This document shows positions 45,688-55,389 of a stretch of 64,000 bases of DNA, piece after piece (position 1 is the first letter of the stretch; every line of letters begins with the position of its first letter). Location: IMG/VR virus record IMGVR_UViG_3300027295_000004, one strand, 5' to 3'. The stretch is from a virus. Taxonomy: Duplodnaviria > Heunggongvirae > Uroviricota > Caudoviricetes. The notes beneath the pieces were generated by a model. The model searched no databases and was not told the DNA's origin. It worked only from the letters and a program-made list of their open reading frames with translations. The translations under genes were made by a program, and so were the position numbers.

Positions 45688-46163
45688 CAGTTCTCCAAAC
45701 GAGACTGGAAGTCATCCTCTATCTGCTGCTTAGTTACATATGTATGGAATTTTGAATTCTGGTAAAACTTAGCATCCGTTTCTGTTCTAATAAGGAGCTT
45801 TCGGTAAAATTGCAACATTTCTTCCATTGGCTCATCCACCCAAGGCAATTGGTCTTTTTCGTATTGGATCAGTAAGGTGTTGATAATATTCATCAATACG
45901 TATACTGGTTCGAATTTTCGGAAAAAGACATCATACATTTGCTTTTGCAAATCGACTTCCGATATCTTAAACGGCTGTTGGCTTTTGTCTACAAATTGGC
46001 CATCATCATAATCTCCTATCCATTCGTATGCGTCTAGATTAAAGCCTCCCTCTATTTCAATCTTTCGATATAATGAGCCGGGTGGCAAATTTTCACTACC
46101 AATAGAAAAGCATACAAATTTTTTATTTGTTTTATTGAAAAGGGCGTATAAGTTATTATCCAT
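45687..46163 (-). CDS. Hypothetical protein (158 aa)
   Basis: ORF. Confidence 0.4.
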   Translation of the reverse strand: MDNNLYALFNKTNKKFVCFSIGSENLPPGSLYRKIEIEGGFNLDAYEWIGDYDDGQFVDKSQQPFKISEVDLQKQMYDVFFRKFEPVYVLMNIINTLLIQYEKDQLPWVDEPMEEMLQFYRKLLIRTETDAKFYQNSKFHTYVTKQQIEDDFQSRLEN

Positions 46164-46168
46164 AATCT

Positions 46169-46648
46169 TTATTCGGCTATAACTAATGAATATCTTTCAT
46201 AATTGCAAGTGGGTACAAAGTGCACGGCGTCGTATTCAAATTCGATTTTTGCACCCGCTTCGTCGTCTATGCGGTGCAAACGATCGTCCTCAAAGACGTA
46301 GAATCCGTTACTTTGACTTGTGGTAAGGCATACGAGATGCAATTTTTTAATTGCATACTTGTCTTGGTGTGGTGCAATATAATCGCCCGGCATGTAACGT
46401 TGAATTTGAATAAACTGATAGAAGTCCTTCAGGTCTTCATCCCATCCGCCCCCTGAAAAGATTAAATTAACTAATTCTTTTGGCATGTCTTCACTTAGAA
46501 GACTAGAGAATCGTGAGCTATGGCCATAGGTATCTCCGTGAGAAAGATGACCTTCTCTTGGTCTAAAAAGTTCTGCTATATGCGGTTGTTGGACATATGC
46601 CACGATGGCGTCTGCGTTACGTTGAAATTTTGGAATAGTAAGAGGCAT
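46169..46648 (-). CDS. 2OG-Fe(II) oxygenase superfamily protein
   Basis: YIAPHQDKY (HxD) with a distal His in EYDAVHFVP. Confidence 0.5.
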   Translation of the reverse strand: MPLTIPKFQRNADAIVAYVQQPHIAELFRPREGHLSHGDTYGHSSRFSSLLSEDMPKELVNLIFSGGGWDEDLKDFYQFIQIQRYMPGDYIAPHQDKYAIKKLHLVCLTTSQSNGFYVFEDDRLHRIDDEAGAKIEFEYDAVHFVPTCNYERYSLVIAE

Positions 46649-47382
46649 TAGAGTTCTAGTATATGTTGTAATGTATTATCACCAAGCATGATGTCTTTGG
46701 TCGAGTTATAATAGTGTTCAGGTACATTATATCTATTCAGATAAAGAGGATTATCAATTTTATTGTTTGCCACAGATCCACTAATAACAGATTCCGATAC
46801 ATCCGTAAATTCCTTAATGTATTTGGATGGATCTTTAACGTATCTCGCTACATCAAATTGAAGAGCAAACGACAAATCAAAAACACCAGTTCTGCTTGCT
46901 TGTTCGAATTGAGATTTCCAACTTCTTACATGCGAATCATTCGTCAAAATAAACCGATTAATATCCTGAAGAGACAAAGATGCACTTTGCATTGATTCAA
47001 TGGTCTTGTATAGAATATAATCATAAATGCTATATTTCAAATAAATCAATGTATATCGAAAATCTCCAGGAGGCAACTTTGAAAACACAGGCAACATATT
47101 GAGAGGATATGCTGGTAGATATACTGCTGTATGCGGAGATGCTTTGATTCTCTCTTTGATATTGATAACAGTACCAACATCTAATGATTCTGCCGGAGTA
47201 CCAATAATATTAGTAGAACTAGCCACATTGCTTAGTGATCCAAATATGTTTAATATTCGGTCGGACATGTAAGTTGGTAATCCGAAAAATATATATTTCA
47301 TAATTCTGTTGCCTCCTGAATATATTTTAGGGTGTCTGTGTAATATGACTGCGAATATAATCGCGAAACCACCGCACGACAC
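46648..47382 (-). CDS. Hypothetical protein (AT-rich)
   Basis: ORF; N/Y/I-rich. Confidence 0.4.
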   Translation of the reverse strand: MSCGGFAIIFAVILHRHPKIYSGGNRIMKYIFFGLPTYMSDRILNIFGSLSNVASSTNIIGTPAESLDVGTVINIKERIKASPHTAVYLPAYPLNMLPVFSKLPPGDFRYTLIYLKYSIYDYILYKTIESMQSASLSLQDINRFILTNDSHVRSWKSQFEQASRTGVFDLSFALQFDVARYVKDPSKYIKEFTDVSESVISGSVANNKIDNPLYLNRYNVPEHYYNSTKDIMLGDNTLQHILEL

Positions 47383-48026
47383 CTATAAGCGAATCGAATC
47401 AGGTTATTATAATTTTTCTCAACAACGCCAAACAATCCTGCGTAACATTCTTCACAAGGCACAAAATTTTCAGGACCATCCATATTCTTGGTCTTGAAAA
47501 ACAAGCTATTGTCGTCAGTCAAAAATTGCATACTGCCTCCAGAAGGGGATGATAAAATCGGCACAGAAAACATAGCGGCTTCTGCTAGATACCTACCAGA
47601 ATAATTAGTACGATGATTAGAACAAATTAAATGACTATTTTGTAACAGTCCATAATATTCCTCTGTCGGAAGCTTGCCAATATATCTAATATTAGCAATT
47701 GGCATAGTTTTTACAATATTAGGATGCGGATCGTAATTGAATTTAAATGTGACTGTATATTTTTGAGATAAGCCTGATTTTAAAATATATTTAATCAGCG
47801 CCAAAGTGTCGCTAGTGTCGTAATATTCTTCCTTTTGGAATAAAAACGTAATATTAAAGGTGTGCTTAGAGTCGATATAAGACGAATTATAATTTTTTTG
47901 AAATACTGTGGGGTCAAAAGGTTTTATGAGCGTGAAAGAATTGGGATAGTCGGATTCCCAATAGCTAGATGGTATGACATGAATATTTTTTTCTTTTAAA
48001 TATTCTTCATATTGTACGATATCCAT
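47298..48026 (-). CDS. Hypothetical protein, possibly glycosyltransferase-like (AT-rich)
   Basis: ORF; weak GT-B C-terminal-like segment. Confidence 0.35.
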   Translation of the reverse strand: MDIVQYEEYLKEKNIHVIPSSYWESDYPNSFTLIKPFDPTVFQKNYNSSYIDSKHTFNITFLFQKEEYYDTSDTLALIKYILKSGLSQKYTVTFKFNYDPHPNIVKTMPIANIRYIGKLPTEEYYGLLQNSHLICSNHRTNYSGRYLAEAAMFSVPILSSPSGGSMQFLTDDNSLFFKTKNMDGPENFVPCEECYAGLFGVVEKNYNNLIRFAYRCRAVVSRLYSQSYYTDTLKYIQEATEL

Positions 48027-48084
48027 GATGCTATTTAGAACAGCAGGTATACATATTCAAATCAAAATTCTTTTCCAATTTTAG

Positions 48085-49338
48085 TTACAATTTACCTATT
48101 ATTCTTCTACACCATCCTTTTGATTTTGAATGAGGATGAACAGCCCAATATGCGGGTTTTGTGTCTGTTGAAAATTCGCGCCATATTTTACAATACCCGT
48201 CGGGATCTCTTCGCATTAATGCGATTTCATCTATATTGGCATCGCTGCGATAAAGGACGTCGTTATTTGTGCTGTGGAATGTAATCGACCAAAAATCATA
48301 ATCGTCTTCGGCGAACTGACTGCAACTAATATCAATACAATGCTTAAAAATCGATTTAAAGCTATCGAGCCATAATTTCTCACTGATATACTCAGTTGGG
48401 TCTGGTGGATTATGTTTTTCTAAAGTATGCTTCTGTACAGATCTTTTTTCAAAAAGAATACCTGCATATTTTTCATAATCTCTCAGAGTTCTTGATTTGC
48501 CAAATCCGTATACACCATCATGACCTTCTTGCGTGATGCCGTCTATACCAAACAGTTTGCGATTGGTGGCATGTGATTTAATATTCTTTTCGGCCCATTT
48601 TTTATCATCGTCCCAATGCTTTGTTCTTTCTTTTCTCGTATATTCGTGCCATATCAATACCCGATGTGGGTGAAACAAATCATACCCGTGAGTATACGCC
48701 CTTGCTGCTATTGAAATTTCTTCTCCGTGAAAATAGTAATCGGGGTTATGTTGTACTACCTTTGCAAATTCGCCAGACGTGAAGCAAAAATGAGCGGAGT
48801 AAAATCTTGCGGGGACTGGTTCTTTTAGTTTTTCCCAATCAGGCATCACCTCCGGCACGAAGAATACAACACCTTCTGGGGAAAATCTGTCAAATGACAT
48901 TCGCCAAGGCACACGCACTCTTCCCTCAGGGTCATTGGCGGGATTAAATGATGACGCATATGCGGTTAATAGAGGTTTTTTATATCCTCTTTTCTTTAAA
49001 TCTTCTATCATTTCTATCATTTCGAAATCCCAATTCTTTTCAAACCGCATATGAGAATCAATTTGCAAAGTATATTCTTCCGAATCATAAAGTTGCTGTA
49101 CTGAATTGCGCGCCCAGCACACACCCTTTGATTGTTCATATGGAATATCTATAATTTTAAAGCGAGTATCGTTTTTATACTCACTCAAATCATCGAATTT
49201 GTCCGCAGGATGATATTGCCGTGCGATTGCAAATACTAAATTTTCAGGAAATTTTGAATTGTCGATACACGATTTAAGGGTATGGCGCAATTGAGGGTCT
49301 CTATACGACGCTATCTGAATAAAAATGCGACTAGACAT
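48085..49338 (-). CDS. Putative GT-A fold glycosyltransferase (AT-rich)
   Basis: IQIASYRDP...QIDSHMRF (DxH/DxD-like) arrangement. Confidence 0.45.
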   Translation of the reverse strand: MSSRIFIQIASYRDPQLRHTLKSCIDNSKFPENLVFAIARQYHPADKFDDLSEYKNDTRFKIIDIPYEQSKGVCWARNSVQQLYDSEEYTLQIDSHMRFEKNWDFEMIEMIEDLKKRGYKKPLLTAYASSFNPANDPEGRVRVPWRMSFDRFSPEGVVFFVPEVMPDWEKLKEPVPARFYSAHFCFTSGEFAKVVQHNPDYYFHGEEISIAARAYTHGYDLFHPHRVLIWHEYTRKERTKHWDDDKKWAEKNIKSHATNRKLFGIDGITQEGHDGVYGFGKSRTLRDYEKYAGILFEKRSVQKHTLEKHNPPDPTEYISEKLWLDSFKSIFKHCIDISCSQFAEDDYDFWSITFHSTNNDVLYRSDANIDEIALMRRDPDGYCKIWREFSTDTKPAYWAVHPHSKSKGWCRRIIGKL

Positions 49339-49396
49339 GATAGTATATTAAATTATATTCAATATATTCTATTTCACTCTAAATTATTCTGCTGAG

Positions 49397-52012
49397 TTAC
49401 ACGGGCGTCGGGGTAGGTGTCGGCGACGGTGATGTAGTTACTTCTACTGATGTGTATCCGCCAGGACCAACCTCATTTACTGCGCGGACGTAAATCGTGT
49501 ATACACCATAGCTTCCTACATCAATAAGTAGAGGAGGTTCAGTCTCCACTGCATCTGTCCAAATTGTATAAGGATCAAGTGGATCACTTAGTGTGTATTG
49601 GTATATTGTGATCGGCGATCCGCCATCATATGGTACTGTGAAGTAAAGTGCAGCTAAAGTATTGCTAGTATCGTATGTTATTGACGGTATCGTCGTTGGG
49701 ATTGTAGGCACAATTGGTACAATTGGTACAACTGGCGTGGCTGTTGGTGTGGCGGTTGGCGTAATCAAGACATCATTGCAATACGAGTTATATGTTGCGC
49801 TATCGATGATAGTAGTATTTCCTGTTGTCAGGGTTATGATGGTAGCGATATCTGAGCGCAATCCATATGTAACGGCGTAATATTCACCGTTATAAATAAG
49901 ATACTGACCGCTGTATACAAATCCATCTGCTGCATCTACCCCGTATTTGATAGTAGAGCCGCACATTTGCATAACTAAAATTTCACCACAATCACCAAAT
50001 CCAACACTAGCATTGGTTATAGTTGCTGGATATAATGTAACCGGACCGATATAAGCAATTGAATCTGTTTCTTCTCCGTATAATTGGTTTCTTGAACCTC
50101 TCAATGTTTTGCGATACCTTTTAAACTCGACTTCAATTTCAAAATAGAGATTATTTTCTTTTAGGTATGTATCGGTCTCTGATGCAGTTTTACCCATTAC
50201 AATGGATGCTAATTCGTCTAATTGATCGTTTGCAAAATTAAACCACGAATCCCCTACATACCATTCATCTAATATTTTCGAATAATTTTCAACATAGTTA
50301 AAATTCCAGCTTCTTGATTTTTGGGCATCAGCGGCAAATGTTTGTGAGCTTAATACATTAGCAACGGCAATATTCCAAAATGAATATCTGCGCTTACATG
50401 TTTCTACTGGCTTATTAGTATAGTTGATATTAGGACGAACATAATACTCGGCACCTCTAACGCTGTAATCAGGCAGTGCAGATACAGAGAATAGAACAGT
50501 GGCTTGTTTTATTTTTTCGCCTGCTTGATATTCTGGTAATTCATATCCATATTGATATACATCTATTATGGTGACATTTTCAATCAACTGGGATGTTTGA
50601 GGAACTATCGACACATAATAGTAATTTCGATTATCGAGATTGATATATACGACAGATCCTAGATATGGTTTGAGTAATGGATTCTTAGAATACAATACAG
50701 TCTTTGATGTATTAAAACACGACGGTGTTAATTTGTAAAGCAGTGTATCTTTAGGTTTTGGGATTTCTTGTGAATTACAATCTTCATAAAGATCTACAAC
50801 AGTATACTCTTCTGTTATCTGCTGATTATCGTAAACTACCTTTTCAATATACCATCTTACTCCTGGATACTCTGCAAGAGTAACAGCCTTGCCTGGGATT
50901 AAAATGCGTTTATTATCAATGACAAATAATTCTTTTCGAAGAGTTCCGTTAACAACATCTGGGCATGGCTGATATTTCCAACAGCAATTTGTCAATTTGA
51001 TTATAACGGGTGCTGCTCTATTGATTCTATATTCACACCCACATTCGCAATCTTCAGATGATGCTACTACAGTCCAGTCACCAGCAAGACCATCTATTTG
51101 CACTGTAGTATCAGATCCAGCATAAAATTGGAATTCATCATTTGTTGCTACGATTTTTTCCTGAGTAAACGTATTGGTTAGGATATAACAAGTATCACTA
51201 CAACCTTTCTTTGTTGTGAAAATAGGATTAAGATTTGTAGTGATTGCTTTATCTGCAACCGATACTTTACTTACTAAGAATCTTTGATCTGGGTATTTGT
51301 CCAGAACAACCCCAAGACCTACTAAATGGCTATAATCATTAGATGAATAAAAAGCAAGACCAGGAACTGAACAAGATGCAAATTTATAATAATAGCTAAA
51401 ACCTTCTGGTTCTGGTTCACAAACCTCAATGACGGACTCTGGGCAATAAAAAGGATTCATTGTAGGCCAGTATTCCCATTTGAGTATGGGGTATCCTGTC
51501 TTGATAAATCGACCCATTAAGAATCTTTCGTTATTGTTAACCGCATTAAATTTGGATACAAAATACGGTGCCAGGATAGGATTCGGTCTATTTGTTTCAT
51601 CTGCATATTGTCTTAATGCAAATACATATAAATCATTCAAACGGCAGTCTGCAGATTCTGCTGGAAACGTAGTTTCGAGCCATTTTGAAATAGTTGTTGC
51701 GAAGGTGGACCGGTCTGTTATTTTGATTGGGCAAAATACTGTTACAGGCTTTACTGCGAAACATGAAGTCGATCTGGTTATCGACACCATATCGTTTAAC
51801 GATTTGTATTTTTCTTTACCTGTAGATGTATCAAGCAAATATGCAGTTGTTGCTACAATATCCTGCAGAATCGGAACAGCTTCAGATATTTTTTTTGTCT
51901 GTGTGTATATAACACCCGTTTGTTTATCTATCCACTTAAAATGATCATTGATAAGCACAATGGCCGAACCTGCGCTTTCAGTGTCTTTAATTTGTGGATA
52001 CGAACATGACAT
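49397..52012 (-). CDS. Virion structural protein (871 aa) with a C-terminal Pro/Thr linker and fibronectin-III-like domain
   Basis: TPTATPTATPVVPIVPIVPT linker; Fn3-like C terminus. Confidence 0.5.
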   Translation of the reverse strand: MSCSYPQIKDTESAGSAIVLINDHFKWIDKQTGVIYTQTKKISEAVPILQDIVATTAYLLDTSTGKEKYKSLNDMVSITRSTSCFAVKPVTVFCPIKITDRSTFATTISKWLETTFPAESADCRLNDLYVFALRQYADETNRPNPILAPYFVSKFNAVNNNERFLMGRFIKTGYPILKWEYWPTMNPFYCPESVIEVCEPEPEGFSYYYKFASCSVPGLAFYSSNDYSHLVGLGVVLDKYPDQRFLVSKVSVADKAITTNLNPIFTTKKGCSDTCYILTNTFTQEKIVATNDEFQFYAGSDTTVQIDGLAGDWTVVASSEDCECGCEYRINRAAPVIIKLTNCCWKYQPCPDVVNGTLRKELFVIDNKRILIPGKAVTLAEYPGVRWYIEKVVYDNQQITEEYTVVDLYEDCNSQEIPKPKDTLLYKLTPSCFNTSKTVLYSKNPLLKPYLGSVVYINLDNRNYYYVSIVPQTSQLIENVTIIDVYQYGYELPEYQAGEKIKQATVLFSVSALPDYSVRGAEYYVRPNINYTNKPVETCKRRYSFWNIAVANVLSSQTFAADAQKSRSWNFNYVENYSKILDEWYVGDSWFNFANDQLDELASIVMGKTASETDTYLKENNLYFEIEVEFKRYRKTLRGSRNQLYGEETDSIAYIGPVTLYPATITNASVGFGDCGEILVMQMCGSTIKYGVDAADGFVYSGQYLIYNGEYYAVTYGLRSDIATIITLTTGNTTIIDSATYNSYCNDVLITPTATPTATPVVPIVPIVPTIPTTIPSITYDTSNTLAALYFTVPYDGGSPITIYQYTLSDPLDPYTIWTDAVETEPPLLIDVGSYGVYTIYVRAVNEVGPGGYTSVEVTTSPSPTPTPTPV

Positions 52013-52013
52013 G

Positions 52014-52814
52014 TTAGCTACTTAAAGGAGTGGTCGTAACATACTGCCAGCGAGATCCGCTATTGTTTACAAATTTATAGTAATTTTGGTAAACGGCTGG
52101 AATGTAATTCACTATAGATGAATTCAGATTTTCAAGACCTGCAATTTGCGCTAATAATGATACCGAGGTGCCTCCTGCTGCATCAAATCCTGTAGCTTTA
52201 TTATCGCGTCTGCTTGCCACGTTATTGCGGTCATGGCCGATTACTGTTCTTGTATTAGTTACGCAACGACCTCGAATACTGCAGCTACGATAGCTCCAGG
52301 TAACAGCAGCTCGGCACTTAGCTGTCAGGTATCTTGTATCTGGTGCGATTGTTTCTAGATCTTTATAGAACCCCAATGTAAAGACAAATATTTCTTGGCC
52401 TTTGCAATAATTCGTTACTGTATTCGAATCAATAGTAGCCGTAACAGGGAAGTTAGAATTTAACCACGATGAAATGCTGTTAATGAATGTAGTTTGATTA
52501 ATGGCATTATTATCTGGTGTCAATGGGAAAATAAGAGATATTGGTCTTAACCAACAAGCACTATATGAAGATACGGTGGTATACGCATCGTTCCAATTTG
52601 CAGAGTTTGATTTTACAACAGTTGCAACATCCGCCCATGTGCTGGAAGTCTCTTTGGCTATTGTGTATAAAGCATTCCAATATAAATCAGCCGATAGAGA
52701 AATATTGGTTAGCTTGTAATCAAGCAACGCAAAATTTTGATTAATTGTCGACAGGGTATTGCCTGCACAGATGCGCGGGTCAATTGATGTAATAGATTCG
52801 CTAAATGTCGGCAT
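52014..52814 (-). CDS. Structural protein (266 aa)
   Basis: ORF within the structural block. Confidence 0.45.
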   Translation of the reverse strand: MPTFSESITSIDPRICAGNTLSTINQNFALLDYKLTNISLSADLYWNALYTIAKETSSTWADVATVVKSNSANWNDAYTTVSSYSACWLRPISLIFPLTPDNNAINQTTFINSISSWLNSNFPVTATIDSNTVTNYCKGQEIFVFTLGFYKDLETIAPDTRYLTAKCRAAVTWSYRSCSIRGRCVTNTRTVIGHDRNNVASRRDNKATGFDAAGGTSVSLLAQIAGLENLNSSIVNYIPAVYQNYYKFVNNSGSRWQYVTTTPLSS

Positions 52815-53115
52815 AAAATTATAATGGGGATTGTCGGGCGCTCGTGGATAGAGTATTGCTAAGTCGGCTCACCATCTAGTCTCTGCACCTTTCTAATAAT
52901 ACTGGGACTTTTATTAGAGTTGGCTCAAGATTGACTCCGAAGAGTTGTCCCTTGAATTCACCCGATATGGGCCGTGATAACCCTGCGCAGCAGCAAGTAT
53001 TGTTATCGCAAAGCCGTTTAAACTTTGCTTCTACATGTCGCCATGCAGTTCGGACTATTTCTTCAATCCCCATATAACCTATTTACCGGGTGTCTTTATT
53101 TTATTGCCACCTATA

Positions 53116-55389
53116 TTATAAAATTAATTGGTAATATGTTTTCTCCCAAGAACCTACTGGTTTGGCGTTAGTAATCCATGTGCCTGAACTCGTTGATTGC
53201 CTATATCCATTGAAAACTTGACCGGATCCAGACGGAGGATACACCCCAGGTGCAGTAGAAGCAGGAACATATGCAATTCCTCTCGAATATCGACAAATTC
53301 GGCTGTTGTACTCCGCATAATTGCTGCCGCCACCCCCATACCCAGGGATATCAATGCCATATTGTAAATCTCTCAAAAGATATTGAGTATAGCCTGCTAG
53401 GTTAGTTATATCGATAGTCGAAAACTGATTATTAGGATATGTACTGATAAATGCGGCATATTCAAATGAAGTACCGATTGTAACTAATGCACTATATCTA
53501 AATAGGTAAGAACCTAAATCAGAGAAAAATCCATTATTAACAGAAGATAAGTGATTAAGGTATCCAAAAGATTGCTGGGTCATTTGTGTAGCTAAAGGCA
53601 CTATCTTGGATGACAGTGGAATTAAAGCTTGTCTGTCTGTATCAGTCACACCAAAGTCCATCAATCGTTCGCTCTCCAATGAAGCAAGTCTGGTCATTGA
53701 ACCTCCATCGTTTGTTGTTCCTATATGAATACCAGTGCCCATGCCCTCGAAATGGACGCTGTCCACAGACACCCCGTCACCTTGATAAATTAATATTCCA
53801 AATAATGGCCAAGTTCTTATGTATGGGAAAGATGCAGTTAGCGCTGCTGATGTGGTAGAACAATCTATTGTCCCAGTTTTAATATTACAAACTGATGTAT
53901 TTTTATTAATAAAGATAGGTATCGCTCCACGACGGGTTGCTTCTTTAATCCAGAAATTCTGAATTTGCAATCCATTGATAATACCACCATCTTGTTTCGT
54001 CGCGTCGCCAGCATTACGCCAAGTGTCATACATGCCGCCGCCAATTCCCATGCCGGAAAAATACTGAATATCCACATCACGGATAATAGTATTCTCTTCG
54101 ACATTATGTTTCCATGAAATTCCGCTAATTCTTTTAGTTGGATTATTAATTGTAGCCTCCGCAGCAACGATGGTCATGCCTTCTACACCACTCCAGTATC
54201 GCGCCCCGCCCCCACCAGACATCGGAGCTACCCCAGACCAGTAGCTCCCGTTTCCACCCCCAATCCAAAATAGAGAAGAAGCACAGCTGGCTGTTTCCAT
54301 TTCAGTATCTAATGTGATTGGTGTGGCGAATCCTGTAGTTGTACCTACAAATGTAGTCCCAGAAAGAACTATTGATGTTAATGCCACTGCTGCTGTTGTA
54401 CCGCTAACTGTATGGGTGCCGTTATACAGTGGCGAATTTGTTATGCGTGCCTGGCCGCCGCTTAAAAATTCAAATGAGCCACCGGTTGGGGTAATTAATT
54501 TAGTGCCACCAGGGACAGAACATGCAGCAGTAAAGTTGGTAGTCCCGCTGTATTTCATGAAATTACTCCAAAATCTGAATCGGGTCGTTGGTTGCCAAGT
54601 ATCAGATGTCCATAATTTGGATGCGATTATTTTAGTAGCATTAGAACCAGCACCCTTAAATCGAATTGCTAATTCTGTAGCATCTAGCGGCCTTCCGACA
54701 TAATAAATACCAGCAGCAAAGCTGATAGTTCTGCCGATACTAAAGGACGGATCTGATGTACGAATAGCGCAATTTATTGCAATATCATGTCTACCGTCGT
54801 GCACTGTAGACCCCTGTAGACCCCACCACTCCGGAAATATTTCACTATTTCTCATTGTGCCTTTTATAGTACTAGCCGGCCAGTTGCTAAATATTTGCAC
54901 CCGAGGGGCTACCACCTCGCCCTCGATAAACAAAATAGTTAAACCTGTTCTGATGAACTTATATCCATTAAAAATGATAGAACATCGCGCTGGAATTGAA
55001 AGATTGCCCGGCGCGCTAAAGGAAATATCTTTGCCTAGAATTATAGTCTGAATTGATGAGTTGTTTTTAGCTGCTATGAGTTCGTCATACGTCGTAACAA
55101 ATGCCTGCGACCCGCCGGCCCAAAAGCTAGAATTAGAACTAACTAACGAAAATAGAGGCAGACTATTATTTAAATTCAACAATGTAACTCGACCAAATCC
55201 ATCTGCCCCTGGCTGGCCATTATCACGATAAATCAACATCTGGGCCGATGAGGACAAAGACGCTAACGAAGATAGATCCGTAAAATTAACAATACATGCC
55301 ATATAATTGTATTTACTTAATGGATTAGCTTGACAAAGAATAAAGTGACAAAATACTAGAATTACCACCCAAGGAAAGAACAGACCCAT
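53116..55389 (-). CDS. Structural protein (757 aa), Gly-rich beta-helix-like; the true start may be the downstream Met (~55302)
   Basis: Overlaps the giant ORF by 65 nt. Confidence 0.45.
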   Translation of the reverse strand: MGLFFPWVVILVFCHFILCQANPLSKYNYMACIVNFTDLSSLASLSSSAQMLIYRDNGQPGADGFGRVTLLNLNNSLPLFSLVSSNSSFWAGGSQAFVTTYDELIAAKNNSSIQTIILGKDISFSAPGNLSIPARCSIIFNGYKFIRTGLTILFIEGEVVAPRVQIFSNWPASTIKGTMRNSEIFPEWWGLQGSTVHDGRHDIAINCAIRTSDPSFSIGRTISFAAGIYYVGRPLDATELAIRFKGAGSNATKIIASKLWTSDTWQPTTRFRFWSNFMKYSGTTNFTAACSVPGGTKLITPTGGSFEFLSGGQARITNSPLYNGTHTVSGTTAAVALTSIVLSGTTFVGTTTGFATPITLDTEMETASCASSLFWIGGGNGSYWSGVAPMSGGGGARYWSGVEGMTIVAAEATINNPTKRISGISWKHNVEENTIIRDVDIQYFSGMGIGGGMYDTWRNAGDATKQDGGIINGLQIQNFWIKEATRRGAIPIFINKNTSVCNIKTGTIDCSTTSAALTASFPYIRTWPLFGILIYQGDGVSVDSVHFEGMGTGIHIGTTNDGGSMTRLASLESERLMDFGVTDTDRQALIPLSSKIVPLATQMTQQSFGYLNHLSSVNNGFFSDLGSYLFRYSALVTIGTSFEYAAFISTYPNNQFSTIDITNLAGYTQYLLRDLQYGIDIPGYGGGGSNYAEYNSRICRYSRGIAYVPASTAPGVYPPSGSGQVFNGYRQSTSSGTWITNAKPVGSWEKTYYQLIL

